A DNA stretch of 64,000 nucleotides from a virus (lineage: Duplodnaviria > Heunggongvirae > Uroviricota > Caudoviricetes): positions 1 through 64,000 of IMG/VR virus record IMGVR_UViG_3300009285_002354. One strand, 5' to 3'. Each line of letters starts with the position of its first letter. Position 1 is the first letter of the stretch. Below the pieces are notes generated by a model that was given only the letters and a program-made list of their open reading frames with translations, was not told the DNA's origin and searched no databases. Shown here piece by piece: positions 46,365 through 55,648 of the stretch. A program made the translations under genes and the position numbers.

Positions 46365-46692
46365 GGTGAGTCTCCATGAGCTTTACCAGCTGCGCCCGTT
46401 GCGCCCGCAGGGCCTCGATCTGGGTTTTCACTTCATCGGGCATGGTCCCGTACTCGAACGGGAATTCCAAGTCGTCGATCTTGAGCTCTACCAGCCTCTT
46501 GACCAGCTTGATCCCCATGCCATAGGCTTCTTCGATCAAGGGGACCATCCGGGCCAGCAATTCATCATCCTTGCCTGCGAGGCCCACTACGGCTTCATCG
46601 AAAAGCGTTCTCAGGACTTCGCAGAGAGTTCTGCGGTCGTAGTTCACACTGTTGCCCTTGACGTCGTCCATGATGCCCGCATACTCACTCAT
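46357..46692 (-). CDS. hypothetical protein (111 aa)
   Basis: ORF. Confidence 0.45.
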   Translation of the reverse strand: MSEYAGIMDDVKGNSVNYDRRTLCEVLRTLFDEAVVGLAGKDDELLARMVPLIEEAYGMGIKLVKRLVELKIDDLEFPFEYGTMPDEVKTQIEALRAQRAQLVKLMETHRG

Positions 46693-47069
46693 CGTTCACC
46701 ATACCTGCTTCTGCGATCCCAATGACGCCCACGCGTCCAATCTCTCATCCCAGACAGCCGAACGATCATCCGTCGATCTATTTGCCCGCCAGCGAGTCCC
46801 ACAGGCCCCAGGACAGGCCAATAGCGAACGCGGAGGCCGTCCATGTGGGCTCCAAGGAATTCGAGCATTTCGGCCTTGCGCTCGGTGGTGATCTTGGCCC
46901 GTTCGCCATCCCTGATCAAATCCGCGGCTTCGAATTCCCCCAGTCGGGCAGTTGCGGCACGCATACCATCCTCAAACACGGCCGTGTCGTAGATCATGCC
47001 GACACCTCGAGCCGCAATTTGCCTTGCATCGGGTGCTTGTCCACGCGCGGACGGGATGGGCAGGACCAC
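46689..47069 (-). CDS. hypothetical protein (126 aa)
   Basis: ORF. Confidence 0.4.
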   Translation of the reverse strand: MVLPIPSARGQAPDARQIAARGVGMIYDTAVFEDGMRAATARLGEFEAADLIRDGERAKITTERKAEMLEFLGAHMDGLRVRYWPVLGPVGLAGGQIDRRMIVRLSGMRDWTRGRHWDRRSRYGER

Positions 47070-47554
47070 GATCTACCTTCCACTTTGCCGACGCACTTCC
47101 ATCCTGCGGCCGTCAGACTCGTACCCGGCTCGGTATCCAAGATGTACGTGATGAGCTTCCGATACCCAAGATTCCGTGCCGCCCGCCAGCAAGCCGCATA
47201 GAGCATGGAGCAGGCATTTTTCGTGCCATCCGTGCATAGCCGCGTCACTTCAACCGTCCAGCCATCATCCAGCATCCGCGCAACCGGCCGGCCAACAATG
47301 GCCACACCCACGATCCTCTCGCCTTCGGCGCAGGCGATTTGAAAGATAGACCCGAGCGGGGCCTCGTGGTGCCGGTGATTCTGCGTGACGAATGCCTTCG
47401 CCTCGCCTTGCGTGCATGGCACGATAATCAAACTCACACGGTCACCTCTGGGCCCTTCAGAGTACTCTCGTATGCTGCCAGTTTCATCGTGCGGCACGGC
47501 GTGCAAGTCCCACATGCAATGATCTTCCCCTGTCGCTTTACGGGCTTTTCGCAA
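46994..47554 (-). CDS. conserved hypothetical protein (possible GNAT-like fold; start uncertain)
   Basis: IVGVAIVGRPVARMLDDGWTVEVTRLCTDG...LITYILDTEPGTSLTAAGW. Its 5' end overlaps the QueC-like gene by ~120 nt, so the true start is probably downstream of 47554. Confidence 0.3.
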   Translation of the reverse strand: MRKARKATGEDHCMWDLHAVPHDETGSIREYSEGPRGDRVSLIIVPCTQGEAKAFVTQNHRHHEAPLGSIFQIACAEGERIVGVAIVGRPVARMLDDGWTVEVTRLCTDGTKNACSMLYAACWRAARNLGYRKLITYILDTEPGTSLTAAGWKCVGKVEGRSWSCPSRPRVDKHPMQGKLRLEVSA

Positions 47555-48045
47555 GACCAGACGCAGCGAGAGGAAATCCCCCTTTTCTTGACCTCCTCAA
47601 CAACCTCGCATTTACGCATCCACATGAGGGGATATTGAAGCGTCACTTTCCTATTTCGCAGGGCCGTACCGCTCTCCATGAGGTTTTCCGCGAAATGCCG
47701 GTACATCCAGAAGTCATCCCCCCGGTGATACCCGAAGTAGAGTTCCGATTCTTCCGGCAGGTATGGGGTGATGAAGTTGAACCACGCCAATACCTGAGGG
47801 AGTCCACCCTCAGTTGCCGACATCGTGGCCGTCACAGTCACGGTTTCATAGGAGAAGACGTAGCCTTTCTTCTTGGCATACTCACGATAGTTGTCTCTCG
47901 CGGCCTTCTCTTTTTGCCGCTTCAGCTCATCTACCATGTGCCAGTCCAGGGCGAATGCCCAGATGTCAATCTTCCCCCAAGAGCACAGGCGATCCAAAAC
48001 GAGGGTACTGTCGTATCCACCAGACCATGCTACTATGTGAACCAT
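47434..48045 (-). CDS. QueC-like PP-loop ATPase (7-cyano-7-deazaguanine synthase family)
   Basis: SGGYDS PP-loop, YPLMWMRK (compare QueC TPLMWIDK), C-terminal zinc cluster CVWSCEKPVKRQGKIIACGTCTPC. Confidence 0.7.
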   Translation of the reverse strand: MVHIVAWSGGYDSTLVLDRLCSWGKIDIWAFALDWHMVDELKRQKEKAARDNYREYAKKKGYVFSYETVTVTATMSATEGGLPQVLAWFNFITPYLPEESELYFGYHRGDDFWMYRHFAENLMESGTALRNRKVTLQYPLMWMRKCEVVEEVKKRGISSRCVWSCEKPVKRQGKIIACGTCTPCRTMKLAAYESTLKGPEVTV

Positions 48046-48324
48046 CTATACCTCTCTCTCGAAGGGCCGGAACCCCGTGAGCATGGTCACGACCCTCTTC
48101 CGAAACTCCGGCTGGAGCCACTCCTGGTATCTCAGGTACATCGATATGACCACATCTGCTGATCTTGCGATCAGATTCAGCGTCTGGTGCTCCGGGTCCA
48201 TGGTCATGCAGCAATAGAACGCCACATGCTCATATTGAGTGAGCCGGCTGGAGACATTCTGCACGATGGAATCAAAGGCCCATCCTGGAGTATCGGTCAG
48301 CCAGAGAATCACGGGTTTGCTCAT
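48046..48324 (-). CDS. GT4 N-terminal-domain-like mini-protein, paralog 2
   Basis: MSKPVILWLTDTPGWAFDSIVQNVSSRLTQYEHV. Confidence 0.4.
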   Translation of the reverse strand: MSKPVILWLTDTPGWAFDSIVQNVSSRLTQYEHVAFYCCMTMDPEHQTLNLIARSADVVISMYLRYQEWLQPEFRKRVVTMLTGFRPFEREV

Positions 48325-48484
48325 ACCGCGCCCCCCGAAAGAAAGAGCAGATACTTCGCCAATGCTTGTAGCAAGGCAATCGTGGAGTCTATGAGGTCGG
48401 GTTCTCCGTAAAAGAGGGCGATAGCCATGACAATGGCGAGCGGCCAATAGTCCACATTGAGGCTGTTCTTCATTCCTTCCTCGC

Positions 48485-49090
48485 TCATGGCTTCTCCACG
48501 ACAATGTGAAGCTCTTCTTGAATCTCCCCTTCTGCCCGTCCGGTCGGAACGCGCTTCAGGTCATACTTGACTCCCAGCCCCGAAAGCAGAGCTTGGAGCC
48601 GGAAGTTGCTCAGATCGGTGTACCAGTACCCATCCACTTCGCTGTGCTCTTGCCGGTGCGCCGGAAGTGCCGGGAAGTATCCCCGATAGGTCATAATGTA
48701 GGCGTACTTTCGGGCCTGCTCGACCGCCTTGCGAAGAAAGCCGTCCGGGTCCGCAACGTGATCGATCGTGGCGCGCGAGAAGATCAGATCAGCCCGCTCC
48801 GTGAACTCCGCATGCTGGAAATCGGTGCAGAACCAGCCATGATGCGGTCGGCCGCGATGAAGACAATGCTGAATGACCTTCGGGTCGTGGTCCACACCGA
48901 AGTAGATTTTGTCCCCGAAGAAGTCGTCATAGAACCAGTGCTTGCCGCAGCCGATCTCCATGACACTGTGAATGTCCGCCATGCGGGGTCTGAGCCAGTC
49001 TATGAAGACCTGGTGCGGGACCTCCGCTTCATTGTGGATCCACTCGTACCATTCGGGTGATTTGAAGGCATGGGGATTTACGTTTGGCAT
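48485..49090 (-). CDS. class I SAM-dependent methyltransferase
   Basis: Motif I VMEIGCGKH. 201 aa. Confidence 0.7.
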   Translation of the reverse strand: MPNVNPHAFKSPEWYEWIHNEAEVPHQVFIDWLRPRMADIHSVMEIGCGKHWFYDDFFGDKIYFGVDHDPKVIQHCLHRGRPHHGWFCTDFQHAEFTERADLIFSRATIDHVADPDGFLRKAVEQARKYAYIMTYRGYFPALPAHRQEHSEVDGYWYTDLSNFRLQALLSGLGVKYDLKRVPTGRAEGEIQEELHIVVEKP

Positions 49091-49203
49091 GAGGTCTCCT
49101 TACTTGCAAACAAGGCTATCTGGCCAGTCCTGCTCTCTCTTATGGGCACGCCTGTGTCTATCGAAGTCAAACGCTCGCAGTCGATGGCAACGAGTGCAAG
49201 CAG

Positions 49204-49827
49204 TCATGCTTTGTCCTCGCCGATTTCGGATTCGTTCTCGGCGTTGCCCGGCTTTCGCGGATCGTGGAATTCGCAGCATGACGTGGCGGGGACCGTCTTA
49301 TCTCGCCATGTGCTTTTCCGCGACCGGCAGAATCCGTGAGTCAGTTGACCCTGGATCGCGCGCCAGTCCGTGCAGCCGAGACATCTTCGCTTGGGCGTGT
49401 AATGCCTCTGGTCTGGCTTACCCTCCTTCGTCACTCTCATCAGCTTGGCGGGAGGGGCAGGCTCCTCCACCAAATGCCTGCACGACATATCGACGTGGAG
49501 CACGCCTTGTATCCACTTCGCGGGGTAGCTCGTCTTCTCCTTCACCTCGATGCCGTAGTATTGCAGGAACCCCTTCGCGGCGAACCGGCCCTCCGTACAG
49601 GTGAGGGATGGCTTGAGCCAAGTGCGTGAGCCGGAGGACTTTTCCGCCGTGAACGTCATCGTCGCCAGCTTGGCGTTCCTGTCATAGCGAAGCTCGACGT
49701 AGGGCATCTTCCGGTCCAAGTTCACCCCGAGCGCGGCCGTGATGTAGATCGTGCCTTTGGGCGTGATCGTGACGAGCGAGGCCCCTTTCGTCGTGAGCTT
49801 CTGGCCAGTATAGAGTTCCAAGACCAT
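49204..49827 (-). CDS. hypothetical protein with a Cys-rich C-terminus (207 aa)
   Basis: ORF; C-terminal CLGCTDW...CCEFH. Confidence 0.45.
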   Translation of the reverse strand: MVLELYTGQKLTTKGASLVTITPKGTIYITAALGVNLDRKMPYVELRYDRNAKLATMTFTAEKSSGSRTWLKPSLTCTEGRFAAKGFLQYYGIEVKEKTSYPAKWIQGVLHVDMSCRHLVEEPAPPAKLMRVTKEGKPDQRHYTPKRRCLGCTDWRAIQGQLTHGFCRSRKSTWRDKTVPATSCCEFHDPRKPGNAENESEIGEDKA

Positions 49828-49915
49828 CTGTCAGTCTCTCCTAGGATTGATGTACCCCGCCGCCTGCGATCATGCGGGCCGTGCGCTCCGATCTGCTCAC
49901 GTATTGACGGGTAGT

Positions 49916-50236
49916 TCACTCAACGATCACGTTCTCCTTCAGCTTGACGAAGATATCCACGTATTCTCCCGCATGATCTATCCGAACCGAGTCTATCCTG
50001 CACACGATCTTCTTCGGGTCCGCACCGCCCCGGATCGTCCTCTCTACAACTTTCACTCCTTGACACACGATGACGTCCGCCTTGTCCATCATGTCCTTCA
50101 AGATAGATGGTGGGACGTTCGAGGAGAACCAGACTCGATGGTCATAGCCGGGCAGGGCCTTGCGCATGGTGTCCACCCTTCCCCAATACGCCCACCCACG
50201 AACATCGCAGGTCCACAAGACAATGGGCTTACGCAT
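49916..50236 (-). CDS. GT4 N-terminal-domain-like mini-protein, paralog 3
   Basis: MRKPIVLWTCDVRGWAYWGRVDTMRKALPGYDHRV. Confidence 0.4.
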   Translation of the reverse strand: MRKPIVLWTCDVRGWAYWGRVDTMRKALPGYDHRVWFSSNVPPSILKDMMDKADVIVCQGVKVVERTIRGGADPKKIVCRIDSVRIDHAGEYVDIFVKLKENVIVE

Positions 50237-50495
50237 GGTGCCTTGTTGCCTCCGCAGAATCGATCTGGCCACAGACTATTTGTGGCCCACCGAATTCACG
50301 TATCGCCTCTCGGGAGTTCAAGAGGACAACTCTCGTTCGCGTGAGTCCGTGAGCGACAATCTTGCCGCATCGCAGACACTGCAGAAAAACCACTTTTCCA
50401 CGGTCCTGCAATCCGGTTACGGAGTCCGTCACTTTGACATCGTAGCTACCAACTGCTTCCCAATAGTGCTTCCCAAACAGGCATCTCCAATTCAT
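50229..50495 (-). CDS. zinc-ribbon protein (DUF1660-like C..GKH.W...CLRCG)
   Basis: CLFGKHYWEAVGS...CLRCGKIV. Confidence 0.4.
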   Translation of the reverse strand: MNWRCLFGKHYWEAVGSYDVKVTDSVTGLQDRGKVVFLQCLRCGKIVAHGLTRTRVVLLNSREAIREFGGPQIVCGQIDSAEATRHHA

Positions 50496-51109
50496 CTTCG
50501 CATCCCCTCATAGGCCTCGACGGCTTCATGTGCTTGTGGTAGTGTGTCCGTACCGAATGGCCTCAAGGTCGCTACCAGAATATCCGCCGGTGTCACACCC
50601 TCTTCAAACCGGATCCAGTAGTCGGGATTGATCTGCGTTACGATCATCTGGACAATCTGGGTAACTGTGACCTTCTGCCACTGGGGAATCCCCAGCCAGA
50701 AGTAGCGGATGTCATCGATGAGGATCACATGATCTTTCACTGGATGATCCGCAATGGCGCGTAACTCATTCAGCAGAGGACATGGACTGACGCCTTGTTC
50801 CAGTGGGGCCTCGCCGGTTGACCAGTGAGAATCCAGCCAGAAGACCGCTGGTTCCTCGACGTAGCGAAGAAGTCCCTTGAGCACCTGGCCCCCATCCCCC
50901 AATAGAATTTCGACGCTGGAGTTCCCTGCGAATCGCTCAAATGCTCTTTGATAGACGTCGGGATTCGCCTCGATGGAGTAGAGTTTCTCAAAGCCATGCT
51001 CGATGGCGTTCTGCAGACCTTCCCCTTTGGCGGTCCCTGTCTCAATGAAAATCCGGCGATTGCCGGCGTATCGCTTCAGAAGCTCTGGTTTCAGTGTACT
51101 GTTGTTCAC
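50492..51109 (-). CDS. SAM-dependent methyltransferase (FkbM-like)
   Basis: IETGTAKGEG motif I. GTG start with a CCGGAGAA SD; the longer track ORF is an N-terminal extension. Confidence 0.6.
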   Translation of the reverse strand: MNNSTLKPELLKRYAGNRRIFIETGTAKGEGLQNAIEHGFEKLYSIEANPDVYQRAFERFAGNSSVEILLGDGGQVLKGLLRYVEEPAVFWLDSHWSTGEAPLEQGVSPCPLLNELRAIADHPVKDHVILIDDIRYFWLGIPQWQKVTVTQIVQMIVTQINPDYWIRFEEGVTPADILVATLRPFGTDTLPQAHEAVEAYEGMRR

Positions 51110-51159
51110 TTGGGTTTCTCCGGTGTACAAATGATGTTGACGTTGTATCACTTTGCTCA

Positions 51160-51660
51160 CTAGAACAACCACCGAAGGATGGGCCACTTGTTCGGTCGCT
51201 TTGTGGCATTGACTGCCAATGTGTACGTCTGTTCGCATGGGTCCGTCACCGTACCGGGCGTGTCCACCGCTCGCAGGTAGAAATACGTCACGCCCCGCGG
51301 CAAATCCCCACTCAGGACCAGTTTGCCCGCCGTGTTGTCCGCCGCAAGAGTGAATCCCACTGGCCCTTGTGTCAACTCGACGAAAAATGGATCGCCCTCT
51401 GGGTCGCACGCGCCGATACTGTAGTTCCACTTGCCAGCCCTCGCCTCGGCCGGCTTCAAGAGGATGCCGACGATCTTCGCCTGATCAATCGGAAACGGAC
51501 TAGCGAGCGGATCCACGACGACTACCAGGCAGTTCACATCCGGTGCCTTGGCCGTGAATATGGCCTTTGGCAGGAGTCCCGCCACGCAGACTCCTGCCAG
51601 CAGGATCAGGCCAGCAGCGAATACGAGACAGTTTCTCTTATTCATGGTATTTCCCTTCAA
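51160..51660 (-). CDS. exported/membrane-anchored protein with an Ig-like beta domain
   Basis: N-terminal signal/TM NKRNCLVFAAGLILLAGVCVAG. Confidence 0.5.
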   Translation of the reverse strand: MKGNTMNKRNCLVFAAGLILLAGVCVAGLLPKAIFTAKAPDVNCLVVVVDPLASPFPIDQAKIVGILLKPAEARAGKWNYSIGACDPEGDPFFVELTQGPVGFTLAADNTAGKLVLSGDLPRGVTYFYLRAVDTPGTVTDPCEQTYTLAVNATKRPNKWPILRWLF

Positions 51661-52648
51661 GGTTTACGGTTCGATCTTCCTGTTTGGCGATCCATGTATA
51701 GGTCTTCTTCAAACCCTCACACAGAGGCGTGTTGGGTTCCCAGCCGAGGACTTGCTTGATGAACGTGTTGTCGCTGTTGCGGCCGCCTACGCCTTTCGGG
51801 GCGTCAAGATCGTATGTCCGTTCCAGCTTGATCCCCGCGAAGCCCTCGGTCATCGTGACAAGGTCATTGATCGTCACAAGTTCCGTCGAGCCCAGGTTGA
51901 CCGGCGTGGCGATCAGTTTGTCACATCGAGTTATCCGGTCGATGCCCTCGACACAATCATCGATGTACATGAAGCTGCGGGTCTGCCGGCCATCGCCCCA
52001 GATTTTGATCTCATGCTTGCCGCTTCGCTTCGCCTCGCTCACTTTTCTGCAGATGGCAGCCGGTGCCTTCTCACGACCATCGTTCCATGAGCCATTGGGT
52101 CCGAAACAGTTGTGAAAACGCGCGATGAAGGTCTTCATTCCCCGCTCATGCCAGTACTCTCGACAGAGCATCTCCGTGTAGAGTTTCTCCCAGCCGTAGC
52201 CTCTCTCTGCCATGGCGGGATAGGCGTCGGACTCCTTCAGAGCCGTGGCGTTCGGATTCTGCTGAAGCAGCGTAGAGTACACGCAGGCCGAGCTTGAAAA
52301 AAAGTACCGCTCCACTCCTGCGCGGTAGGCGGCCTCAAGCATATGTACGTTGATCAGCACGCTCCGCATACACTCGATCCTGAATCGCTCGATGAAGCCG
52401 ATTCCGCCCATATCGGCAGCGAGCTGGTAGACCTCCGTGGCCCCTTCGCACGCGCGCCGGCAGTTCTCCAGGTCCGTCAGGTCCAAGCAGAGACATTCAA
52501 CGCCGGAGTCATCGTGTCGCTGATGCCATTGCGCGAGGGGTTTTTTATCGACTGCCCGGATCGACCAGCCAGTCTCTAGAACGCGATTGCAAAAGTGCTG
52601 CACCAAGTATCCGCCTATGAAGCCGCCTGCTCCGGTGACTAAGATCAT
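51638..52648 (-). CDS. NAD-dependent nucleotide-sugar epimerase/dehydratase
   Basis: MILVTGAGGFIGGYL (GxxGxxG) and YGWEK (YxxxK). 336 aa. Confidence 0.85.
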   Translation of the reverse strand: MILVTGAGGFIGGYLVQHFCNRVLETGWSIRAVDKKPLAQWHQRHDDSGVECLCLDLTDLENCRRACEGATEVYQLAADMGGIGFIERFRIECMRSVLINVHMLEAAYRAGVERYFFSSSACVYSTLLQQNPNATALKESDAYPAMAERGYGWEKLYTEMLCREYWHERGMKTFIARFHNCFGPNGSWNDGREKAPAAICRKVSEAKRSGKHEIKIWGDGRQTRSFMYIDDCVEGIDRITRCDKLIATPVNLGSTELVTINDLVTMTEGFAGIKLERTYDLDAPKGVGGRNSDNTFIKQVLGWEPNTPLCEGLKKTYTWIAKQEDRTVNLEGKYHE

Positions 52649-52959
52649 GGGTTCTCCTTTGGGGTAAATTCACCCTCTGCCAGCATCCCGTTCTCGACTG
52701 TTGGCTCGGTGTAGGCTTTTTGGATCATGCGAGTCAGTTGCGCCTGCTTCTCGTAAAACTCTTTGTCTGAACTCTCGACCCCAATCCTGGAACGCCGTAG
52801 GTCATTCAGGTCCGGCAGATTCCATAGCCACAAGGTCTCTCTCGCTAGGTTCCACGCCACGTCATAACCGTCGCCCCATATCTTCCGGCAGCGATCATGG
52901 GAGCAACCATCGTGTTTCTGCCAGAACCGCAATTTCTTGAAGCAATAGCAGCAGATCAT
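52645..52959 (-). CDS. hypothetical zinc-binding protein
   Basis: MICCYCFKKLRFWQKHDGCSHDRC. The longer track ORF would overlap the upstream gene. Confidence 0.4.
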   Translation of the reverse strand: MICCYCFKKLRFWQKHDGCSHDRCRKIWGDGYDVAWNLARETLWLWNLPDLNDLRRSRIGVESSDKEFYEKQAQLTRMIQKAYTEPTVENGMLAEGEFTPKENP

Positions 52960-52972
52960 ATTCGCGCTCCTG

Positions 52973-53194
52973 TCACTCGACTTGCTTTGCCTTGATCCAC
53001 TTGGCGATTCGCCTGCCAATTCTGGATTTGATTTCGTCAGCCTCCATCTGATTCCACTCCGGCACCAAGTCACAGAGGGCTTCAACATCTCTAGCCAGCC
53101 TCTTGACGCTCTTGGCATCGGCATTCATGATGATTCTCAGTTGTAGGGTGACTGGGCCAATAGGCATGGTCATGCTCCTGTCATCTCCCGACAT
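52973..53194 (-). CDS. hypothetical small protein (73 aa)
   Basis: ORF. Confidence 0.4.
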   Translation of the reverse strand: MSGDDRSMTMPIGPVTLQLRIIMNADAKSVKRLARDVEALCDLVPEWNQMEADEIKSRIGRRIAKWIKAKQVE

Positions 53195-53198
53195 ACCT

Positions 53199-54206
53199 TC
53201 ACGGATCGTAATAACGTCCCCAGCCGGTCATTTCGCGGTAAACATCCACGATGTCCCTGGCTCGCTGCTCCAGCGAATGCTTTTCGTGGACCATCTTCTG
53301 TGCGGCCGGCGCGATAGTTTTCCATGCGTCCGATTCCAAGACCATCGGAATCTGGTTCACGCTCTCGATCTCGACATAGGTTTCACCCGGAATGAATCCG
53401 CTGGCCACCATCAGGGGCATGTGATGACTGACGAGACAGGCGCCGTGGTTGCAGACCTCGTAGAACTTGGGGGGAATCTGAAGGTCATAGATGCCGCCGC
53501 TGAAGTAGTAGCGAGTGCGCGCCAGCGCGTGACGATACTCTTCATCGGACAGTGTGAACGTACTGCCTGTTGGGTTGCCGGAGAGAACAATGTCCGGCCG
53601 ATTCATCTTCCGGAGGTACTTCCACACGGCATCCCTGAATGGATACGTCCCCGACATCTTGCCGGTGCACATCCCGGCAATGGTCTTGTTCGGGTTGTAC
53701 TCGGTGATGTTCTTGACGTTGAACCAGGGCAGGTAGACCACTCGGCAGTTATGTGCTGCACATTGCACCACAAGATTCGGCAGGACTCCGAGCTGGGGCA
53801 CGGTTGCGATTCTCTCTGGCGGATCGAGAGGATACTGAAGGCTCAGAACCAGATTCGGCTTGACCTTTTCAAGGAAGACCTCGAACGGCTGCCGATAGAC
53901 GCCAATGTAGTCCGAAATCGCGGTCCACACGAAATCGGCCGGGCGCCGCTTCGGGCACTCGAAAAGCTGCACGTAGGCAATGTCCGCCGTTCCTTCCGGG
54001 GGATCGTAGTCCCCACCGTCAAAGCTGTTGGCGCCGTGGGGTCTCGGCGAGAGAACGATCTCTGCGCCAAGCTCCTTCGCGATCTGCTGCTGAAGGGCGA
54101 TACCATAGGCGTCGGTCCAGTAGTTGCCCCCACCCTGGCCGACTCCGCCGTTGGTCTGATCGTTGGCGGCGAGCACCTTGTAGCAAGAGACGAGTCTCAT
54201 GGTCAC
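53199..54206 (-). CDS. CgeB-like glycosyltransferase (Glyco_trans_1_2 C-terminal domain)
   Basis: C-terminal PKFYEVCNHGACLVSHHMP...FIPGETYVEIES...EQRARDI resembles the CgeB-family C-terminal domain. Confidence 0.55.
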   Translation of the reverse strand: MTMRLVSCYKVLAANDQTNGGVGQGGGNYWTDAYGIALQQQIAKELGAEIVLSPRPHGANSFDGGDYDPPEGTADIAYVQLFECPKRRPADFVWTAISDYIGVYRQPFEVFLEKVKPNLVLSLQYPLDPPERIATVPQLGVLPNLVVQCAAHNCRVVYLPWFNVKNITEYNPNKTIAGMCTGKMSGTYPFRDAVWKYLRKMNRPDIVLSGNPTGSTFTLSDEEYRHALARTRYYFSGGIYDLQIPPKFYEVCNHGACLVSHHMPLMVASGFIPGETYVEIESVNQIPMVLESDAWKTIAPAAQKMVHEKHSLEQRARDIVDVYREMTGWGRYYDP

Positions 54207-54583
54207 TCCTTGTATGGATCGTAGTCAACCTCGCCACTCTCAAATCCAGGGTGACGTTTGCTGCGATCGATCGTCACCGGGGTCACGCAAAGTTCCCGTG
54301 GAATGGACACGGGCTTACCTTGTTCGGGTTCAACAACGGGAAACCTCGCGCCCTCTGCCGTTGGCGCAAAACTCGGGTGATAGATGCGAATATAGAAGCA
54401 ATCGTCGAAAGGCACATACTTTACCGACGTCGCCACAGCATCTGGCGGAATCTCTTTCCATCGAGGAAGCTGGATGGTCTCATGCCCGCAGGCGTTTTGT
54501 AAAACGGCCAGAATCGCCTGTGTATCGACATGCAGAAGAACGCATCGTCTTTCCTTCAGGACATCTACTTGCGGTGTTTTCAT
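54203..54583 (-). CDS. hypothetical protein (126 aa)
   Basis: ORF. Confidence 0.45.
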   Translation of the reverse strand: MKTPQVDVLKERRCVLLHVDTQAILAVLQNACGHETIQLPRWKEIPPDAVATSVKYVPFDDCFYIRIYHPSFAPTAEGARFPVVEPEQGKPVSIPRELCVTPVTIDRSKRHPGFESGEVDYDPYKE

Positions 54584-54598
54584 AGGTCATACTCCTAG

Positions 54599-55075
54599 TT
54601 AGTCTTTGGGGCTAGTGGATTCCACGAGGGGGACAACGTCTGATACTTTGATAGGGTGTCGGTCCACATAACAGGGGCAGGCGCTCGTAGAAGGTGAATT
54701 GCTCCGGCCACAGAGAGGACATACCCAGCCGACAGGGCTGTTGGGAATCCATTTGATCTGCGGATTACTCAGCGGGTGATTCGGGCACTTCGTCTCGTGC
54801 TCGCCCGCGGTATTCAGTTGGCAGAATGGGCATTGGTACGCTGGATGATGTGGTGAGGACTTCGATGCGTTGGTCATGGACTTGTCCTCGAAACTTTCTT
54901 CCATCCACTGTTTGATAAGGGCCCGATCTGCGGGATTGAGGCGCACACTCATGCCAACCCCTTGATGGTCGATGCAGGCGAACATACAGTCGTCCACATC
55001 TGGACTCAATTCAAAGCGATGCCCATCCCGATGGATTTGCAGGATTCTACCGGCACGAATCGCTTGGTCTTGCAT
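54599..55075 (-). CDS. hypothetical zinc-ribbon protein (158 aa)
   Basis: CPFCQ...CPNH...CPLCGRSNSPSTSACPC. Confidence 0.45.
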   Translation of the reverse strand: MQDQAIRAGRILQIHRDGHRFELSPDVDDCMFACIDHQGVGMSVRLNPADRALIKQWMEESFEDKSMTNASKSSPHHPAYQCPFCQLNTAGEHETKCPNHPLSNPQIKWIPNSPVGWVCPLCGRSNSPSTSACPCYVDRHPIKVSDVVPLVESTSPKD

Positions 55076-55150
55076 GGTAAGGTCTCCTTGTCAGTAACTA
55101 TTGTAGAACCGGACATGGGTGATATTGGCCGGGAGCTTGGCAATCTCGAT

Positions 55151-55372
55151 CTAAAAACCCTCGCGACCATCATCCCTCCACTTCTTGGCCACATCGGATT
55201 CTTCTAAATCAACTTCAACGCCGCGAGCATCCGGTTCTTCGCCATCGAAGAAGTCGCTCACTTCGTCCGGTATCTTCGCTCCTGCCGCTTCGCAGGCATC
55301 CCAGACGGCCTTCATCTTCTTCCACTTCTCGTCGGGCGGTCGAAACCCGACAACATGCGTACTCATTGACAT
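55151..55372 (-). CDS. hypothetical acidic small protein (73 aa)
   Basis: ORF. Confidence 0.4.
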   Translation of the reverse strand: MSMSTHVVGFRPPDEKWKKMKAVWDACEAAGAKIPDEVSDFFDGEEPDARGVEVDLEESDVAKKWRDDGREGF

Positions 55373-55648
55373 TTCAGGTCCCCTTCACAGAATCAAACGC
55401 ATAACGCCATAGATGGCAAGTGCGAGACTCCCAAGCATAAGGATCCATCCAACGCAGCATAGCCACAACCAGCAGAATATCTCGGTAAGATCAAGGAACT
55501 TCTCGAAAGCTTCATTGAGATTGAAACGCATAAACACACCCTCACCCCAGGTCTCCTTATCTGGACTTTTCCACTATCAAGATGAAATTCAGAACAACGA
55601 TGACGAGGGTTGCGATCTGCACATACAGCAAGGACATAGATTGACTCC

